In this document: positions 15,867 to 25,764 of the stretch, piece by piece | Layout of the letters: each line of letters opens with the position of its first letter | Position numbering within the stretch: the stretch's first letter is position 1 | Source of the DNA: a virus | Lineage: Duplodnaviria > Caudoviricetes | Reading direction: 5' to 3' (one strand) | IMG/VR virus record: IMGVR_UViG_3300040971_000130 | Location: 1 to 46,425 of that record | Length of the DNA stretch: 46,425 nucleotides | Translations under genes and position numbers: made by a program | Notes under the pieces: generated by a model | The model's input: the letters and a program-made list of their open reading frames with translations, nothing else | What the model was told of the DNA's origin: nothing | Databases searched by the model: none

Positions 15867-15940
15867 ATGTTATTGTGCGCGCCCTCCGTTCCGTGATTTT
15901 TTGCGGCAAAAGTACCGCACCTAAAATCCACGGAGCCACC

Positions 15941-16144
15941 TTGGCCTTGACCACTGCCCAGATCGACGCCGCCATTGAAGCAATCCTGACCACCGGACAA
16001 TCCGTGACCGTGGACGGCGTGACCTATACCCGAGCCAATCTGGCGGACCTGCGCAGCCTGCGGTCCGAGGTTGCCGTGGAAACGGCCAACTCTACCCAGG
16101 GCCACCTGTTTTCCCGCTCCCTGGTTGGAGCGCTGCGCCGATGA
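15941..16144 (+). CDS. gpW-like head-tail joining protein
   Basis: TTG start after GGAG; AIEAILTTGQSVTVDGVTYTRANLADL; immediately before the portal. Confidence 0.8.
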   Translation: MALTTAQIDAAIEAILTTGQSVTVDGVTYTRANLADLRSLRSEVAVETANSTQGHLFSRSLVGALRR

Positions 16145-17655
16145 AACCATACCTCAGAAGCCGCCGCCCGGCCCTTGGCCGCACCGCCCACCGCGCTGGC
16201 GCGTCCATCCAGGGGCACCTGGCCACCTGGACCCGCTCCATCGTGGACCAGCGCGTGGCCGAAATGGAAAAGCGCCGCATCTCCGACCGCGCCCTAGACC
16301 TCTACACCAACGACGCCATGGGCCACGGCCTCCTGGAATCGCTGATCGTGGAAGTCGTCGGCATCGGCCTGACCCCGCAGTTCGACCCGGACCACGAGGC
16401 CCTGGGTCTGACCCAATCCTGGGCCGACGAATACACCGCCGCCCTGTCCCGTCTGTGGAGCCGCTTTGGCCTGGATTGCCGCAACTGGGCCGACGCCCAG
16501 CGCCGCCTGGACATCTACAGCTTGCAGCAGCTCATGTTCTTTTGCTGGAAGCTGACCGGCATAGGCCTGGCCCAGCTCCGCTGGAAGGAACAGGCCGCAG
16601 CGCCCACGCCCCTGTGCGTGCTGCCCATAGACTCGGCTCGCCTGGTCACGCCTTCGGACAGCCCCACCGAGTCCATCTACGACGGCGTGGAGATCGACGA
16701 AGACGGTGCGCCCGTGCGCGTCTGGCTGGCCAAGCCCGAGCACATCGCTGCCTGCAAGACCAGCTACACCGCCGCCGAGTGCCAGCCCTTCCCCGTGCGC
16801 GACGAAAAAACCGGCCTGCCGCTCATTCTCCTGGTCACGGCCGTGCGCTCCATCGCCGAGTACCGGCAGGACTCCATTTTCGGCCCGATGATGGAAGAGT
16901 TGCGCAACAACAACGATTTCATCGGGGCGGCAGTGTTGCGCGCCGTCCTGTCCAACCTGTTCGTCATGTTCCTGGAAAACTCCGGCGCCGACGCCAAGAC
17001 GAATCTCGAAGAGCGCATCGTGGAAATGGACAAGGGCATGATCGTTCAGGGCGGCCGTCAGGAAAAGCCCTACTTTTTCAGCCTCGAAAACGCGCCCGAC
17101 GGCTACCGCGTCATGTTCGACAGCATCGTGGACCGCCTGGGCATGGCCACGGTGCGCGGCGCGGAAAACATCACGCGCAAGTACCAGGCCAGCTACAGCG
17201 CGAGCAAAGCGTCCATGGTCAAAGCCCAGCAGGCCAACGTGACCGATCACATGACGCTGAACAACTCTTTCAACCAGCCGCTCCTCATGTGGCTGGTCTA
17301 CTGGGGCGTCCTCTCCGGCAAGCTGCCCGTCCCGGCCCGCTCCGAGCTGGTCCAGGACCTTTTCGAGCTGTCCATGTGCCGATGGATGCCCCAGCCCATG
17401 CCCGAGATCGACCGCGCCAAACGCGCCACGGCCATCAAGACTGAGCTTGAAACCCACCAGACCACCTACTCCGACCACTACGGCGAAAAAAGCGAGGACT
17501 GGAAGAAGCAGCTCCGCCAGCGCGCCATCGAAGCAGCATACATCAAAGATCTGGAAACGGAGTTCGGCGTCAGCCTGGCCGTGCCGATAAACGGCCAGGT
17601 CATTGCCGAGCCGGAAAAGGAAAATTCGGACGGAACAGACAAGGAAACCGAATGA
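16141..17655 (+). CDS. Portal protein, lambda family
   Basis: RALDLYTND..VVGIGLTP, DGVEIDEDGAPV, SYSASKAS, W....EIDRAK. Confidence 0.9.
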   Translation: MKPYLRSRRPALGRTAHRAGASIQGHLATWTRSIVDQRVAEMEKRRISDRALDLYTNDAMGHGLLESLIVEVVGIGLTPQFDPDHEALGLTQSWADEYTAALSRLWSRFGLDCRNWADAQRRLDIYSLQQLMFFCWKLTGIGLAQLRWKEQAAAPTPLCVLPIDSARLVTPSDSPTESIYDGVEIDEDGAPVRVWLAKPEHIAACKTSYTAAECQPFPVRDEKTGLPLILLVTAVRSIAEYRQDSIFGPMMEELRNNNDFIGAAVLRAVLSNLFVMFLENSGADAKTNLEERIVEMDKGMIVQGGRQEKPYFFSLENAPDGYRVMFDSIVDRLGMATVRGAENITRKYQASYSASKASMVKAQQANVTDHMTLNNSFNQPLLMWLVYWGVLSGKLPVPARSELVQDLFELSMCRWMPQPMPEIDRAKRATAIKTELETHQTTYSDHYGEKSEDWKKQLRQRAIEAAYIKDLETEFGVSLAVPINGQVIAEPEKENSDGTDKETE

Positions 17656-19025
17656 GCAAGACACGCATCGCTGAAATCCTGGCCTCCAGCGTCTGGGCGC
17701 TGACCCCGGCCAAGCTGGACGAGGTCGGCCTCTTTGTCGAGGCCCTGCTCCTTGGCCGCACGCCCGGCTGGGACGCCGCCAAGGACGTTGACTTGGAGGC
17801 CGCCGCCTCCCCGGCCGGTCCCGCGCTGGCCTCCCGCTACAACATCCAAAGAGACGGAACCGCCGTCATCCGCGTCGAGGGCATCATCGAGCGCCGCGCC
17901 AACATGGTCGGCAATTTTTCCGGCGGGACCTCCACGCAGATGATCGCCCAGGCCATCGTCGACGCGGCGGCAGACGAGGACGTCAGCGCCATCGTGCTCG
18001 ACATCGACAGCCCCGGCGGCTCCGCCCTGGCCCCGGCCGAAGTGGCCGCCGCCATCGCCACGGCCCGGCAGTCCGTGCCGGTCATCGCCTGGACCGGCGG
18101 CCAGATGTGCAGCGCCGCCTACTGGATAGCCTCCGCCTGTGACGCCCGCGTGGCCATGGACACGTCCATCGTCGGTTCTATCGGCGTGGCCGCCGTGCAT
18201 TACGACCGCAGCGCCAAGGATGCCAAGGATGGTATCACCCGCACCGTCCTGTCCGCTGGAGCCTACAAGCGCATCGCGTCCGACGAAAAGCCCCTGACCG
18301 AAGAGGGCCGGGCCTACATGCAGACCCAACTCGACACGTATTACACCCTTTTTGTTGACGCCGTGGCCGAAGGTCTCGGCGTCACGGCCGAGGACGTGCT
18401 TGAACGCATGTCCGACGGCCGCATCTTCATCGGCTCCGAGGCCCTGCAAGCTGGCCTCGTTGACCATATCGGCAATTTTGAAATGGCCCTGGAAGTCGCC
18501 AGGGAAAAAAGGAGAAGCACCATGACCAAGCAAAGCGACGTGAAAACGTCCCAGCTCTCCGGCGTGACCCTGGAGACCCTTACCCAGGAACGCCCGGACC
18601 TGATCGACCAGATTGCAGCCCAGGCCAAAGCGGACGGCCAGGCCGCCCTTGCCACCGCAGTGGCCGACGCCATCGCCGCCGAACGCGGCCGCGTCGTCGA
18701 GATCCTGGAGGCCGATGGCGACCAGGCCGTGACCCTGACCGCCATCAAGGACGGCACCCCGGCAGCGGGCGTGTTTAAACTGCTCTACCAGGCCCAGACC
18801 AAGGCCAAGGCCGACGCCCTGGGCGACGTCAAAAAGTCCATGGAAGCGAGCGCCGAAGCAAAAGGCCAGGCCAAGACCGACCGCGACGCGCCCGACGCCG
18901 TGGACAAGGAGCGGCAGATCGCCGTCAAGACAAAGGAATACATGGCCGCCAACGCGGGCGTCTCGTTCGAGAAGGCCGTGGCCGCCGTGCTGTCCGCCAA
19001 CCCTGACCTGTCCCTCGACCAGTAG
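17652..19025 (+). CDS. S49 (SppA-like) prohead protease with C-terminal scaffold region
   Basis: LDIDSPGG, CSAAYWIAS, GSIGV, GAYK, GLVD. Confidence 0.92.
   Translation: MSKTRIAEILASSVWALTPAKLDEVGLFVEALLLGRTPGWDAAKDVDLEAAASPAGPALASRYNIQRDGTAVIRVEGIIERRANMVGNFSGGTSTQMIAQAIVDAAADEDVSAIVLDIDSPGGSALAPAEVAAAIATARQSVPVIAWTGGQMCSAAYWIASACDARVAMDTSIVGSIGVAAVHYDRSAKDAKDGITRTVLSAGAYKRIASDEKPLTEEGRAYMQTQLDTYYTLFVDAVAEGLGVTAEDVLERMSDGRIFIGSEALQAGLVDHIGNFEMALEVAREKRRSTMTKQSDVKTSQLSGVTLETLTQERPDLIDQIAAQAKADGQAALATAVADAIAAERGRVVEILEADGDQAVTLTAIKDGTPAAGVFKLLYQAQTKAKADALGDVKKSMEASAEAKGQAKTDRDAPDAVDKERQIAVKTKEYMAANAGVSFEKAVAAVLSANPDLSLDQ
18522..19025 (+). CDS. Nested in-frame scaffold protein (Nu3-like)
   Basis: Internal AAGGAG-N7-ATG in frame at the protease/scaffold boundary. 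Confidence 0.6.
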   Translation: MTKQSDVKTSQLSGVTLETLTQERPDLIDQIAAQAKADGQAALATAVADAIAAERGRVVEILEADGDQAVTLTAIKDGTPAAGVFKLLYQAQTKAKADALGDVKKSMEASAEAKGQAKTDRDAPDAVDKERQIAVKTKEYMAANAGVSFEKAVAAVLSANPDLSLDQ

Positions 19026-19034
19026 GAGGTCACT

Positions 19035-19418
19035 ATGTCCTGGACTGAAGGAAACCCCAGCTTTGTGGCCGGTGAGGACCTGGAAAGATACCGCCGCGTC
19101 AAAGTCCATACCGACGGCACGCTCATGTATGCCGACGCCGACGACCCCGGCGACGGCGTGACCCTGTACGCCGTGGACACCGGAGACGTGGCCGCCATCA
19201 CACCCCTGACCTCCGCCGCGTCCGTGGAGATCGAAGCCACCGAAGCCATCGGCCTGGGCGTGACCGCCTACGCCGCAGCCGACGGCAAGGTGCAGCTCCT
19301 GCCCTTCGCGGCGGGCACGTACTACAAGGTCGGCAAGGCCCTGGAAGCATCCGCCGCTGCGGCCGACGCCATTGAAATCCTGCCCCGCCAGGTCGGCCAG
19401 GCCGTAACCGTCGAATAA
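19035..19418 (+). CDS. Head decoration/cement protein
   Basis: AGGAGG RBS; Ala/Gly-rich beta protein between protease and capsid. Confidence 0.7.
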   Translation: MSWTEGNPSFVAGEDLERYRRVKVHTDGTLMYADADDPGDGVTLYAVDTGDVAAITPLTSAASVEIEATEAIGLGVTAYAAADGKVQLLPFAAGTYYKVGKALEASAAAADAIEILPRQVGQAVTVE

Positions 19419-19433
19419 GAGGAGAACATAGAT

Positions 19434-20435
19434 ATGCAACCCAAGAAAGGAACCGCCCAGCCCCGTCCGATCCTCTCGGCGGCCGCCACCCAGGTCATGA
19501 CCAACGCGCCCCTGAACGGTTTCGTGGCCACGCGCCTGCTGCCCTATTTCACCGTGCCCGAGGCGGCCGGTATCTACCCGGTCATCCCGGCCGCCGCCCT
19601 GTTCAACGTGCCCGAAACCAAGCGCGGCGAACGCGGCGCCTATTCGCGCTCCACGGAAGATTTCGAGTCCGGCCATTTCAAGACACGTGAGAACGGCCTC
19701 GAAATGCCCGTGGATCGACGTTTCGCGGCCATCTACAAGACCATGCTCGACCTGGAGATGTACATCACGCGCCTGAACTTGGCCAAGATCCTGCGCGCCC
19801 AGGAGGTCCGCGTGGCGGCCAAGGTGTTCAATACGAACAACTACGCGAGTACCGGGGCCAGCGCGGCCTGGGACGTGGCCGGAACAGACATCAAGGGGGA
19901 CCTCGACACCGGCCGCCTGCTCATGCGGGCGCGCGGCATCGAGCCCAACGCCCTGGTCCTGTCCGACGCCCTGTACCGCAAGATCACCAAAAACACCCTG
20001 GTCCTGGCGGCCGCCAAGGACATGTTCCCCGACGCCGCCAAGACCGGAACCGTGACCAAAGCCATGGTCGAGGCCTACCTCGAAGTGCCCGAGATCATCA
20101 TCGCCGGGGCCATGAAAAACACGGCCAACCGCAACAAGGCGGCAAGCCTGTCCGACATCTGGCCGAACACCTACGCCATGCTGGCCCGCGTGGCTTCCGA
20201 GGACGACGACATCACCGAACCCTGCATCGGCCGCATCATGCGCTGGAACGAGGGAGCAGGAGACGAGTTCGTGGCCGAAACCTACTACGATGACAGCGTG
20301 CGCGCCGACATCGTGCGCAACCGCCACGACACGTCCGAGGTCCTCTTGCAGTCCATCAACGAAGACAACGGCACCGTGCTGTCCAAAATCAGCTACTACG
20401 CTGGCCTGATCTTCACCGGCGTCAAGACCACCTAA
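19434..20435 (+). CDS. Major capsid protein (gpE-like)
   Basis: 333 aa, canonical position, strong RBS and codon bias, PNALVLS motif. Confidence 0.85.
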   Translation: MQPKKGTAQPRPILSAAATQVMTNAPLNGFVATRLLPYFTVPEAAGIYPVIPAAALFNVPETKRGERGAYSRSTEDFESGHFKTRENGLEMPVDRRFAAIYKTMLDLEMYITRLNLAKILRAQEVRVAAKVFNTNNYASTGASAAWDVAGTDIKGDLDTGRLLMRARGIEPNALVLSDALYRKITKNTLVLAAAKDMFPDAAKTGTVTKAMVEAYLEVPEIIIAGAMKNTANRNKAASLSDIWPNTYAMLARVASEDDDITEPCIGRIMRWNEGAGDEFVAETYYDDSVRADIVRNRHDTSEVLLQSINEDNGTVLSKISYYAGLIFTGVKTT

Positions 20436-20508
20436 CCTCAAGCCGCCCATTGAGATAGGCCCGGTCGGGACCTCCTGACCGGCCGGGCCGCACTACCGGA
20501 GAAACACC

Positions 20509-20748
20509 ATGGCGGATTTCGCGGACATCGCAGCGGAAGCATCAACCAAATTTCGGGACGCCGCCCTTCAGGCGCACTCCAGCAGTAAGCCCAGGCCATC
20601 CGGCCGCGCTTCCCTGACCTGCTGCCAGGACTGCGACGAGCCCATCCCCGAGGCCCGCCGCAAGGCGGAACCTGGCTGCACCCGCTGCACCGCCTGCCAG
20701 GAGCTGGAAGACAAGCTTTCCCGCGCAACCCATAGGAGCACCCCATGA
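20509..20748 (+). CDS. TraR/DksA C4 zinc-finger protein
   Basis: MADFADIA; CQDCDEPIPEARRKAEPGCTRCTACQ. Confidence 0.9.
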   Translation: MADFADIAAEASTKFRDAALQAHSSSKPRPSGRASLTCCQDCDEPIPEARRKAEPGCTRCTACQELEDKLSRATHRSTP

Positions 20749-21059
20749 CCAAAGTCGCAGACTGCCGCCGCGTCCAAGTGACCTTCGAGGCAGCCGGAAC
20801 ACCAACCGCAAAATTTCTGCTCCTGGGCGACCGTGGAGCCATCCGGAGCCGCGCGTCCTTAAGCCTTGTCCAGACCACGGGCGAGACCTTCGTGACCCTT
20901 CGCCGCTACGATCCCGAAGACAACGAGACAGTCATCCGGGAAGTGCGCACCTCCGATAGCAAGGACTTGGAAATTATCTGTACCGGTTACTACGACATGA
21001 TCGTGCAGACAGTCGATTTCGACGGCGAAGTGCTGGTCACTGTGGAGCAGCATCAATGA
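20745..21059 (+). CDS. Hypothetical protein
   Basis: AGGAG RBS; ATGA coupling. Confidence 0.7.
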   Translation: MTKVADCRRVQVTFEAAGTPTAKFLLLGDRGAIRSRASLSLVQTTGETFVTLRRYDPEDNETVIREVRTSDSKDLEIICTGYYDMIVQTVDFDGEVLVTVEQHQ

Positions 21060-21102
21060 TTGCAGGGATCGGCAAGCAACTCGAGTACCAAGGAGCGCAG
21101 GC

Positions 21103-21429
21103 ATGAGTGATGCGGATTGGATCAAGTTTCTGCTCGGCGCGATCATTACGCTGATATGCTCCTGGGTGTCGTACATCGCAGGGGCTCGTGGGAAGATGAC
21201 CGAAGCGTCATGTGCCAAATGTCAGGACACATGCAAGCGCGAATTAAACGCGCTTCTTGATGCCATCAAAGCCAAACAGGATGAGTTGTCTGCACGGCAA
21301 GACAAGTCGGATGACGAGATCGGCAAGAAGCTGGACATCCTCTTCCGCATGCTCCGCGCAACGATCCTGCGCCTGCCAATCGACGAGAACATCAAGACGG
21401 AAATACTCAACGAGAGAGGCTCAAAATGA
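21103..21429 (+). CDS. Single-TM membrane protein of the lysis region
   Basis: N-terminal hydrophobic helix, CxxC, coiled coil. Confidence 0.65.
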   Translation: MSDADWIKFLLGAIITLICSWVSYIAGARGKMTEASCAKCQDTCKRELNALLDAIKAKQDELSARQDKSDDEIGKKLDILFRMLRATILRLPIDENIKTEILNERGSK

Positions 21430-21734
21430 AACGCATGAATTTACAGATCCGAATGCTCTGGTGCGCGATCTTCGCGGCCATCCTGCTGGCCATGGTCTGG
21501 GCGCTCTCTCCGCAGCAGGGGCCGGTCATCGTCTGGAAGCAGACCCTTTTACTGCTGTCCGCATTCACGGGATACTGGATCCATCGCTGGATTTTCCCAT
21601 ACGCCCGCCCGGACAGATTTCTGACCCGCGACGGCACGGTCATGGTCAATCACAAGCGGGTCTTTGCGGCGGCGCTGATTTGCCGCGCCATCGTTGTCGG
21701 CTGCGCCATGCTCGCCGTGGGGATGGGCTTATGA
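21426..21734 (+). CDS. Putative holin
   Basis: Three hydrophobic segments, GYWIHRWIFPYARP, directly before the endolysin. Confidence 0.8.
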   Translation: MKRMNLQIRMLWCAIFAAILLAMVWALSPQQGPVIVWKQTLLLLSAFTGYWIHRWIFPYARPDRFLTRDGTVMVNHKRVFAAALICRAIVVGCAMLAVGMGL

Positions 21735-22360
21735 ACTGGCGGCTGATCCTCTGCCTGGTGTTCTGTCTGGCCTTCTGGACAACGGTCTATCGCGTGGCCA
21801 TCGCCGCTCCGGTCATCCCGCAGCAGGCACACAAGCATCGCGCCATGCTGACGCGCGAAGCCCGGGCTCAGTGGGGCATGGACGCACCTATCGCCACCTT
21901 CGCCGCGCAGATCCACCAGGAATCTGCCTGGCGCGAAGATGCGGTGTCCAAGGCCGGAGCCCAGGGCCTCGCGCAATTCATGCCCGCAACGGCCACATGG
22001 CTGCCACAGATCGCGCCGGAAACCGGAGATCCCATGCCGTTTTCACCAGGCTGGTCCATTCGCGCCATGGTCACCTATGACCGATGGCTTTACCGCCGCG
22101 TCGGCGCTTGGACGGACTGTGACCGATGGGCCTTTACCCTGTCCGCTTACAACGGAGGGCTCGGCTGGGTGCAGCGGGACAAGGCATTGACACTGTCAAA
22201 GCACATGGACCCCAACAAGTGGAGCCATGTTGCCTTGCACAACGCCGGCCGCAGCGCCGCAAATTTTCGAGAAAATCGAGGGTACCCTGCTCGCATTCTT
22301 GGACCGCTCACAAACTTATACAGGGCGGCAGGATGGGGAAAGGGGGGCTGTGATGATTAA
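21731..22360 (+). CDS. Endolysin, SLT lytic transglycosylase with N-terminal signal/SAR segment
   Basis: QIHQESAW, AGAQGLAQFMPATA, SAYNGG, ENRGYP. Confidence 0.92.
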   Translation: MNWRLILCLVFCLAFWTTVYRVAIAAPVIPQQAHKHRAMLTREARAQWGMDAPIATFAAQIHQESAWREDAVSKAGAQGLAQFMPATATWLPQIAPETGDPMPFSPGWSIRAMVTYDRWLYRRVGAWTDCDRWAFTLSAYNGGLGWVQRDKALTLSKHMDPNKWSHVALHNAGRSAANFRENRGYPARILGPLTNLYRAAGWGKGGCDD

Positions 22361-22793
22361 GGCCCTCATGTCTCTATTCACCGGCCAGCGGTCATGGATT
22401 CCGCTGGCCGTCATGACCGCCCTGTTACTTGCCGCATGCGCCTGGATCTACGTGCAGGACCTGCGCATGGACGCGATCCGCGCCGACTCGGCTCGGCAGA
22501 TCCAGGCCGAGCAGGCCGCGCACAGCGCGACCAGGTCGGAGCTGACCCAGGCCCGCGCGGATATCGTCCGCCTGCAAGTTGCGCTTGATGCCGCGCACAA
22601 CTCAACGGACGCCGTGCAGAACAGCCTGCGCGACGCCCTGGCCCGTGAAGCCGAAGCGATCAGCGCCGCCGTGGCCCGCAAGCAGATCCTGGATCAGATG
22701 CGCACGCGGACCAGAACCGAGCCGGAAACCCTGGAGGTAGTCGACGATGCGACACGCGCTGCTGTTGCTGCTCGCCTTAACCGGCCTCTGTAG
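22353..22793 (+). CDS. i-spanin (Rz-like)
   Basis: N-terminal TM followed by a long coiled coil. Confidence 0.75.
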   Translation: MIKALMSLFTGQRSWIPLAVMTALLLAACAWIYVQDLRMDAIRADSARQIQAEQAAHSATRSELTQARADIVRLQVALDAAHNSTDAVQNSLRDALAREAEAISAAVARKQILDQMRTRTRTEPETLEVVDDATRAAVAARLNRPL

Positions 22794-23010
22794 CTGCGGG
22801 CCAAAACAGGCCCCGGTGATCGTGACCGTGCCCGTGGCCCTGTGCCCGGCACCTTCAGCGCCGGCCCTGCCGGAGATCAACGCCACCCTGCCCCTGGACA
22901 GCCCTGAAAATGTCGAGGCGCTCATGATCCGGGACGACATGCTTCGGTCGTACGTGCGGGGCCTGCGGTCATCCCTTGACTGCTACCAGGCGCAGGCGGG
23001 CCAAGAATAA
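22747..23010 (+). CDS. o-spanin (Rz1-like lipoprotein)
   Basis: Signal peptide with Cys (LTGLCSC), Pro-rich, overlaps the i-spanin 3' end. Confidence 0.75.
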   Translation: MRHALLLLLALTGLCSCGPKQAPVIVTVPVALCPAPSAPALPEINATLPLDSPENVEALMIRDDMLRSYVRGLRSSLDCYQAQAGQE

Positions 23011-23267
23011 TGGGGGCCACTCTGCACTGGACAGAGGCTCAGATCCGTCTCGGCTCCGAGCACCACGTATACGGAGACCCGTACGAAGCAATCCTGACTG
23101 TGCAGCGGATCGGCGACACAGCGCATCTATCCGGCGGATGCGGAACAATGCCGCGCAAAGCGCAGCGGGACATTTTTCGCCTGCTCAAAGCGGCGGGGAT
23201 CAAGCGATTGGTGTGGGAGCGGATAAAGGATGGCAAGCGGAAGAGTGTTGAAGTTTCGGTAGCGTGA
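23010..23267 (+). CDS. Hypothetical protein
   Basis: Coupled at both ends (TAATG, GTGA). Confidence 0.6.
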   Translation: MGATLHWTEAQIRLGSEHHVYGDPYEAILTVQRIGDTAHLSGGCGTMPRKAQRDIFRLLKAAGIKRLVWERIKDGKRKSVEVSVA

Positions 23268-23614
23268 ACAGACAGGAGATAGACCAGATGGCGATACCAG
23301 ACGACGTTCGAAATATGTTGATCCAATTAGGGCAGCCGGTGACGTGGACCACCGCCGCTGGCGTGTCCACGCCTGGCGTTCCGGCGCTCATCACCGAGCA
23401 GTCCGAGAGCAAGACCGACGTGTCCGGGCGGCCCCAGCGGGTTGTCCAGATCCGCGTCAGCAAAGCCGACGTGCCAGCTGTTGGCTATCGCGACACGTTC
23501 ACAGAAGCAGACGGCGTCGCGTGGTCCGTGGTTGACGTCAACCGGGTCATCAATGACCGCACTGCAGGCACCTGGCGAGTGATCGTCGAGAGCGGCGTGA
23601 GGGGCAAGAAGTGA
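23264..23614 (+). CDS. Head-tail joining protein (gpFII-like)
   Basis: Small beta-rich protein at the start of the neck/tail module. Confidence 0.6.
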   Translation: MNRQEIDQMAIPDDVRNMLIQLGQPVTWTTAAGVSTPGVPALITEQSESKTDVSGRPQRVVQIRVSKADVPAVGYRDTFTEADGVAWSVVDVNRVINDRTAGTWRVIVESGVRGKK

Positions 23615-24336
23615 GCGAATTCACGCCGGACAGCTACATCACCACGAGTAAGTGGGTTGAGCGCCAAGTCAACGGCGAGTTCACAATGGTGCTCCAAAAA
23701 CGTCGCAACCCCGTCTATTTCGACAAAGCTTTCGGCGTTCGCATGGACGTCCTTGACGGCGGAGGTGAGTACCTGCGGCACCTAGCCAAAGAGTTCCCGA
23801 CCGAGTTCAATCGCGCTCTCAAGTCCATCGGATACCAGTTGCGCATCAAGATGCTGACAGCCTTGCGTCAAGGCGGCTCCAGGTCTGCAAAGTGGAAATT
23901 AATGTCCGGGGTGAAGGAGCAGAAGGACTCCAGCATCAAGGGCGGCGAACGCCTGCGAAAGACACGCGCCCGCTCTTTTTACGGGCAACTCGGCAGGGCC
24001 GGAGGGCAGGTCGGAAAGTCGCCAATCGCCTACGTCGTCAGCAAGGCAGACTCGACGGTCAAGGTTGGGTGGATGTCATTTCAGTCTCGCAAGCTCGCTG
24101 CCCAGCTGCAGGACGGGTACGACATCCCGGTCACGACTAAAATGCGAAAACATTTCTTTGCCTCAGGGCTCGGTCTCGACAAGACGTCCATCAATGTTCC
24201 TGGCCGCCCGCTCGTCCAGCCCGTCTGGGATGATGACGGGAAGGATCTGCTGCGTAAATTCGAGCTACGCATACATGCCTACGTCCGTGGCTTTTCTGGC
24301 AAGAACGCAACAGCATACGTGAGGGACAATCTGTGA
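23611..24336 (+). CDS. Neck/tail completion protein (gpZ-like)
   Basis: Basic protein, FNRALKSIG..VPGRPLVQP; position. Confidence 0.55.
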   Translation: MSEFTPDSYITTSKWVERQVNGEFTMVLQKRRNPVYFDKAFGVRMDVLDGGGEYLRHLAKEFPTEFNRALKSIGYQLRIKMLTALRQGGSRSAKWKLMSGVKEQKDSSIKGGERLRKTRARSFYGQLGRAGGQVGKSPIAYVVSKADSTVKVGWMSFQSRKLAAQLQDGYDIPVTTKMRKHFFASGLGLDKTSINVPGRPLVQPVWDDDGKDLLRKFELRIHAYVRGFSGKNATAYVRDNL

Positions 24337-24800
24337 TTACAAACTCGGATCTGGCGAACAAGTTCAGCGATCACCTTTTGGCCGACGCCACGCTGACGGC
24401 TGTCTGGGTGGAGGACACAGGCGAAGAGCCAAAAATCATCATCGGCGAAGACACGCGCAACATGCCCGGGGACGATGACGCCCCTTGCATCGTCATCGTC
24501 CCAGGGACGAACCGGGGCGGCCAGGAGTCGTCCGAGTATGTGTATTCGGTGTCGGTGGACTGGCTGATCTCGGATGATACCGTCACAGAGTCCGGGCGCT
24601 CAAAAAAATACAACGGGCTGCTCAAGTCGGACAGGCTTGGCGAGGCAATATGGACAAGCCTGTGCGGAGCATCGTCAATGATAGCCCTGACCGATAGGAC
24701 TTTCGCGGTCGCTGCGCTGGAGCGGTTCCCGCTGTTTTTAGGCATGATGGACATCACAATCAACGTGCCCCAGCTCATCGGGGCGGAAATAACCCTCTAG
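24333..24800 (+). CDS. Tail terminator-like protein
   Basis: Acidic 155 aa protein directly before the tail tube gene. Confidence 0.55.
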   Translation: MITNSDLANKFSDHLLADATLTAVWVEDTGEEPKIIIGEDTRNMPGDDDAPCIVIVPGTNRGGQESSEYVYSVSVDWLISDDTVTESGRSKKYNGLLKSDRLGEAIWTSLCGASSMIALTDRTFAVAALERFPLFLGMMDITINVPQLIGAEITL

Positions 24801-24810
24801 GAGGTGCCCC

Positions 24811-25764
24811 ATGGAACAAGCACGCGGCTACAAAAGCCAGGTCGTTATTGATTTCGAGGATGCGTTTGGGCAGGACCCGGCAACCCCTGCTGGCATCCTC
24901 ATGCCCATCAACTCGTGGGACGTCAAAGCAGAGCGCAACCTGACGACCCCGCAAACCATTACCGGCTCCCGTAACCCGGTGCAGCCCATTCGCGGAAACC
25001 TGACCGTGGGCGGCAACGCGGTGGTCCCCGTGGACTACCTATCCTTTGGATGGTGGCTCCGCGCCATGTTCGGCCCGCCCACAACGACCGGAACCGGTCC
25101 GTATGTCCACACCTTTAAACTGGGCGACACTCAGCCATCCCTGGTGGCCTGCAAAAAGGAAGTCGTCGGTGCGACCAGCTATTACACCAAGCAGAACGGC
25201 ATCAAGATCAGCACGCTTGGTCTGACCGTGGGCGGAGACGGCGAACTGACCGCAAGCCTGGGCGTGGTCGGAGCCACGGAAGACGAGACGGGCACCACCG
25301 CTTACGACGAAACTCCGTCCAGCAGCGGCTTTGCCCGGGCGCAAAACTTCCAGAGCAGTATCACCGAGGGCGGGTCCAGTATCGCCACGGTCACGCAGCT
25401 CGCCATCAACGCCAACATGGGCCTTGATACAAGCCAGTATGTTGTCGGTGGCGGCGGCGTGCTGGGCGACATCCCGGAAGGTATCGTCAGCGTTGACGGC
25501 TCCCTGACCGCACTGTTCAGCGATCTGACCCTGGCGGGCAAGGCCTATGACGGCACGGAGTCAGCGCTGATACTTACCCTCACAGACGGCACACACACTC
25601 TGGCCGTGCATGTACCCGAACTGGAATACAAGCTGGCCGGGCGCTCTCTCAGCGGACCCGGCGGCGTGATGCAGGAACTCGGCTTTGTCGGATTTTTCGG
25701 CGACGGGGCCGACGCCAGCGTGCTCAAGGTCGTGTTGACCAACAGCATCGCCAGCTACGCATAA
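24811..25764 (+). CDS. Major tail tube protein
   Basis: AGGAGG RBS; MEQARGYKSQ..FE..FG, GPYVHTF, VLTNSIASY. Confidence 0.85.
   Translation: MEQARGYKSQVVIDFEDAFGQDPATPAGILMPINSWDVKAERNLTTPQTITGSRNPVQPIRGNLTVGGNAVVPVDYLSFGWWLRAMFGPPTTTGTGPYVHTFKLGDTQPSLVACKKEVVGATSYYTKQNGIKISTLGLTVGGDGELTASLGVVGATEDETGTTAYDETPSSSGFARAQNFQSSITEGGSSIATVTQLAINANMGLDTSQYVVGGGGVLGDIPEGIVSVDGSLTALFSDLTLAGKAYDGTESALILTLTDGTHTLAVHVPELEYKLAGRSLSGPGGVMQELGFVGFFGDGADASVLKVVLTNSIASYA

Noticed and set aside
17478-20450. 990-aa minus-strand ORF (likewise 2053-3822, 6442-7701, 8137-9765, 16294-17664, 40080-41453)
   Set aside because: Antisense shadows of high-GC3 genes; they mirror the sense codons and show no motifs or RBS
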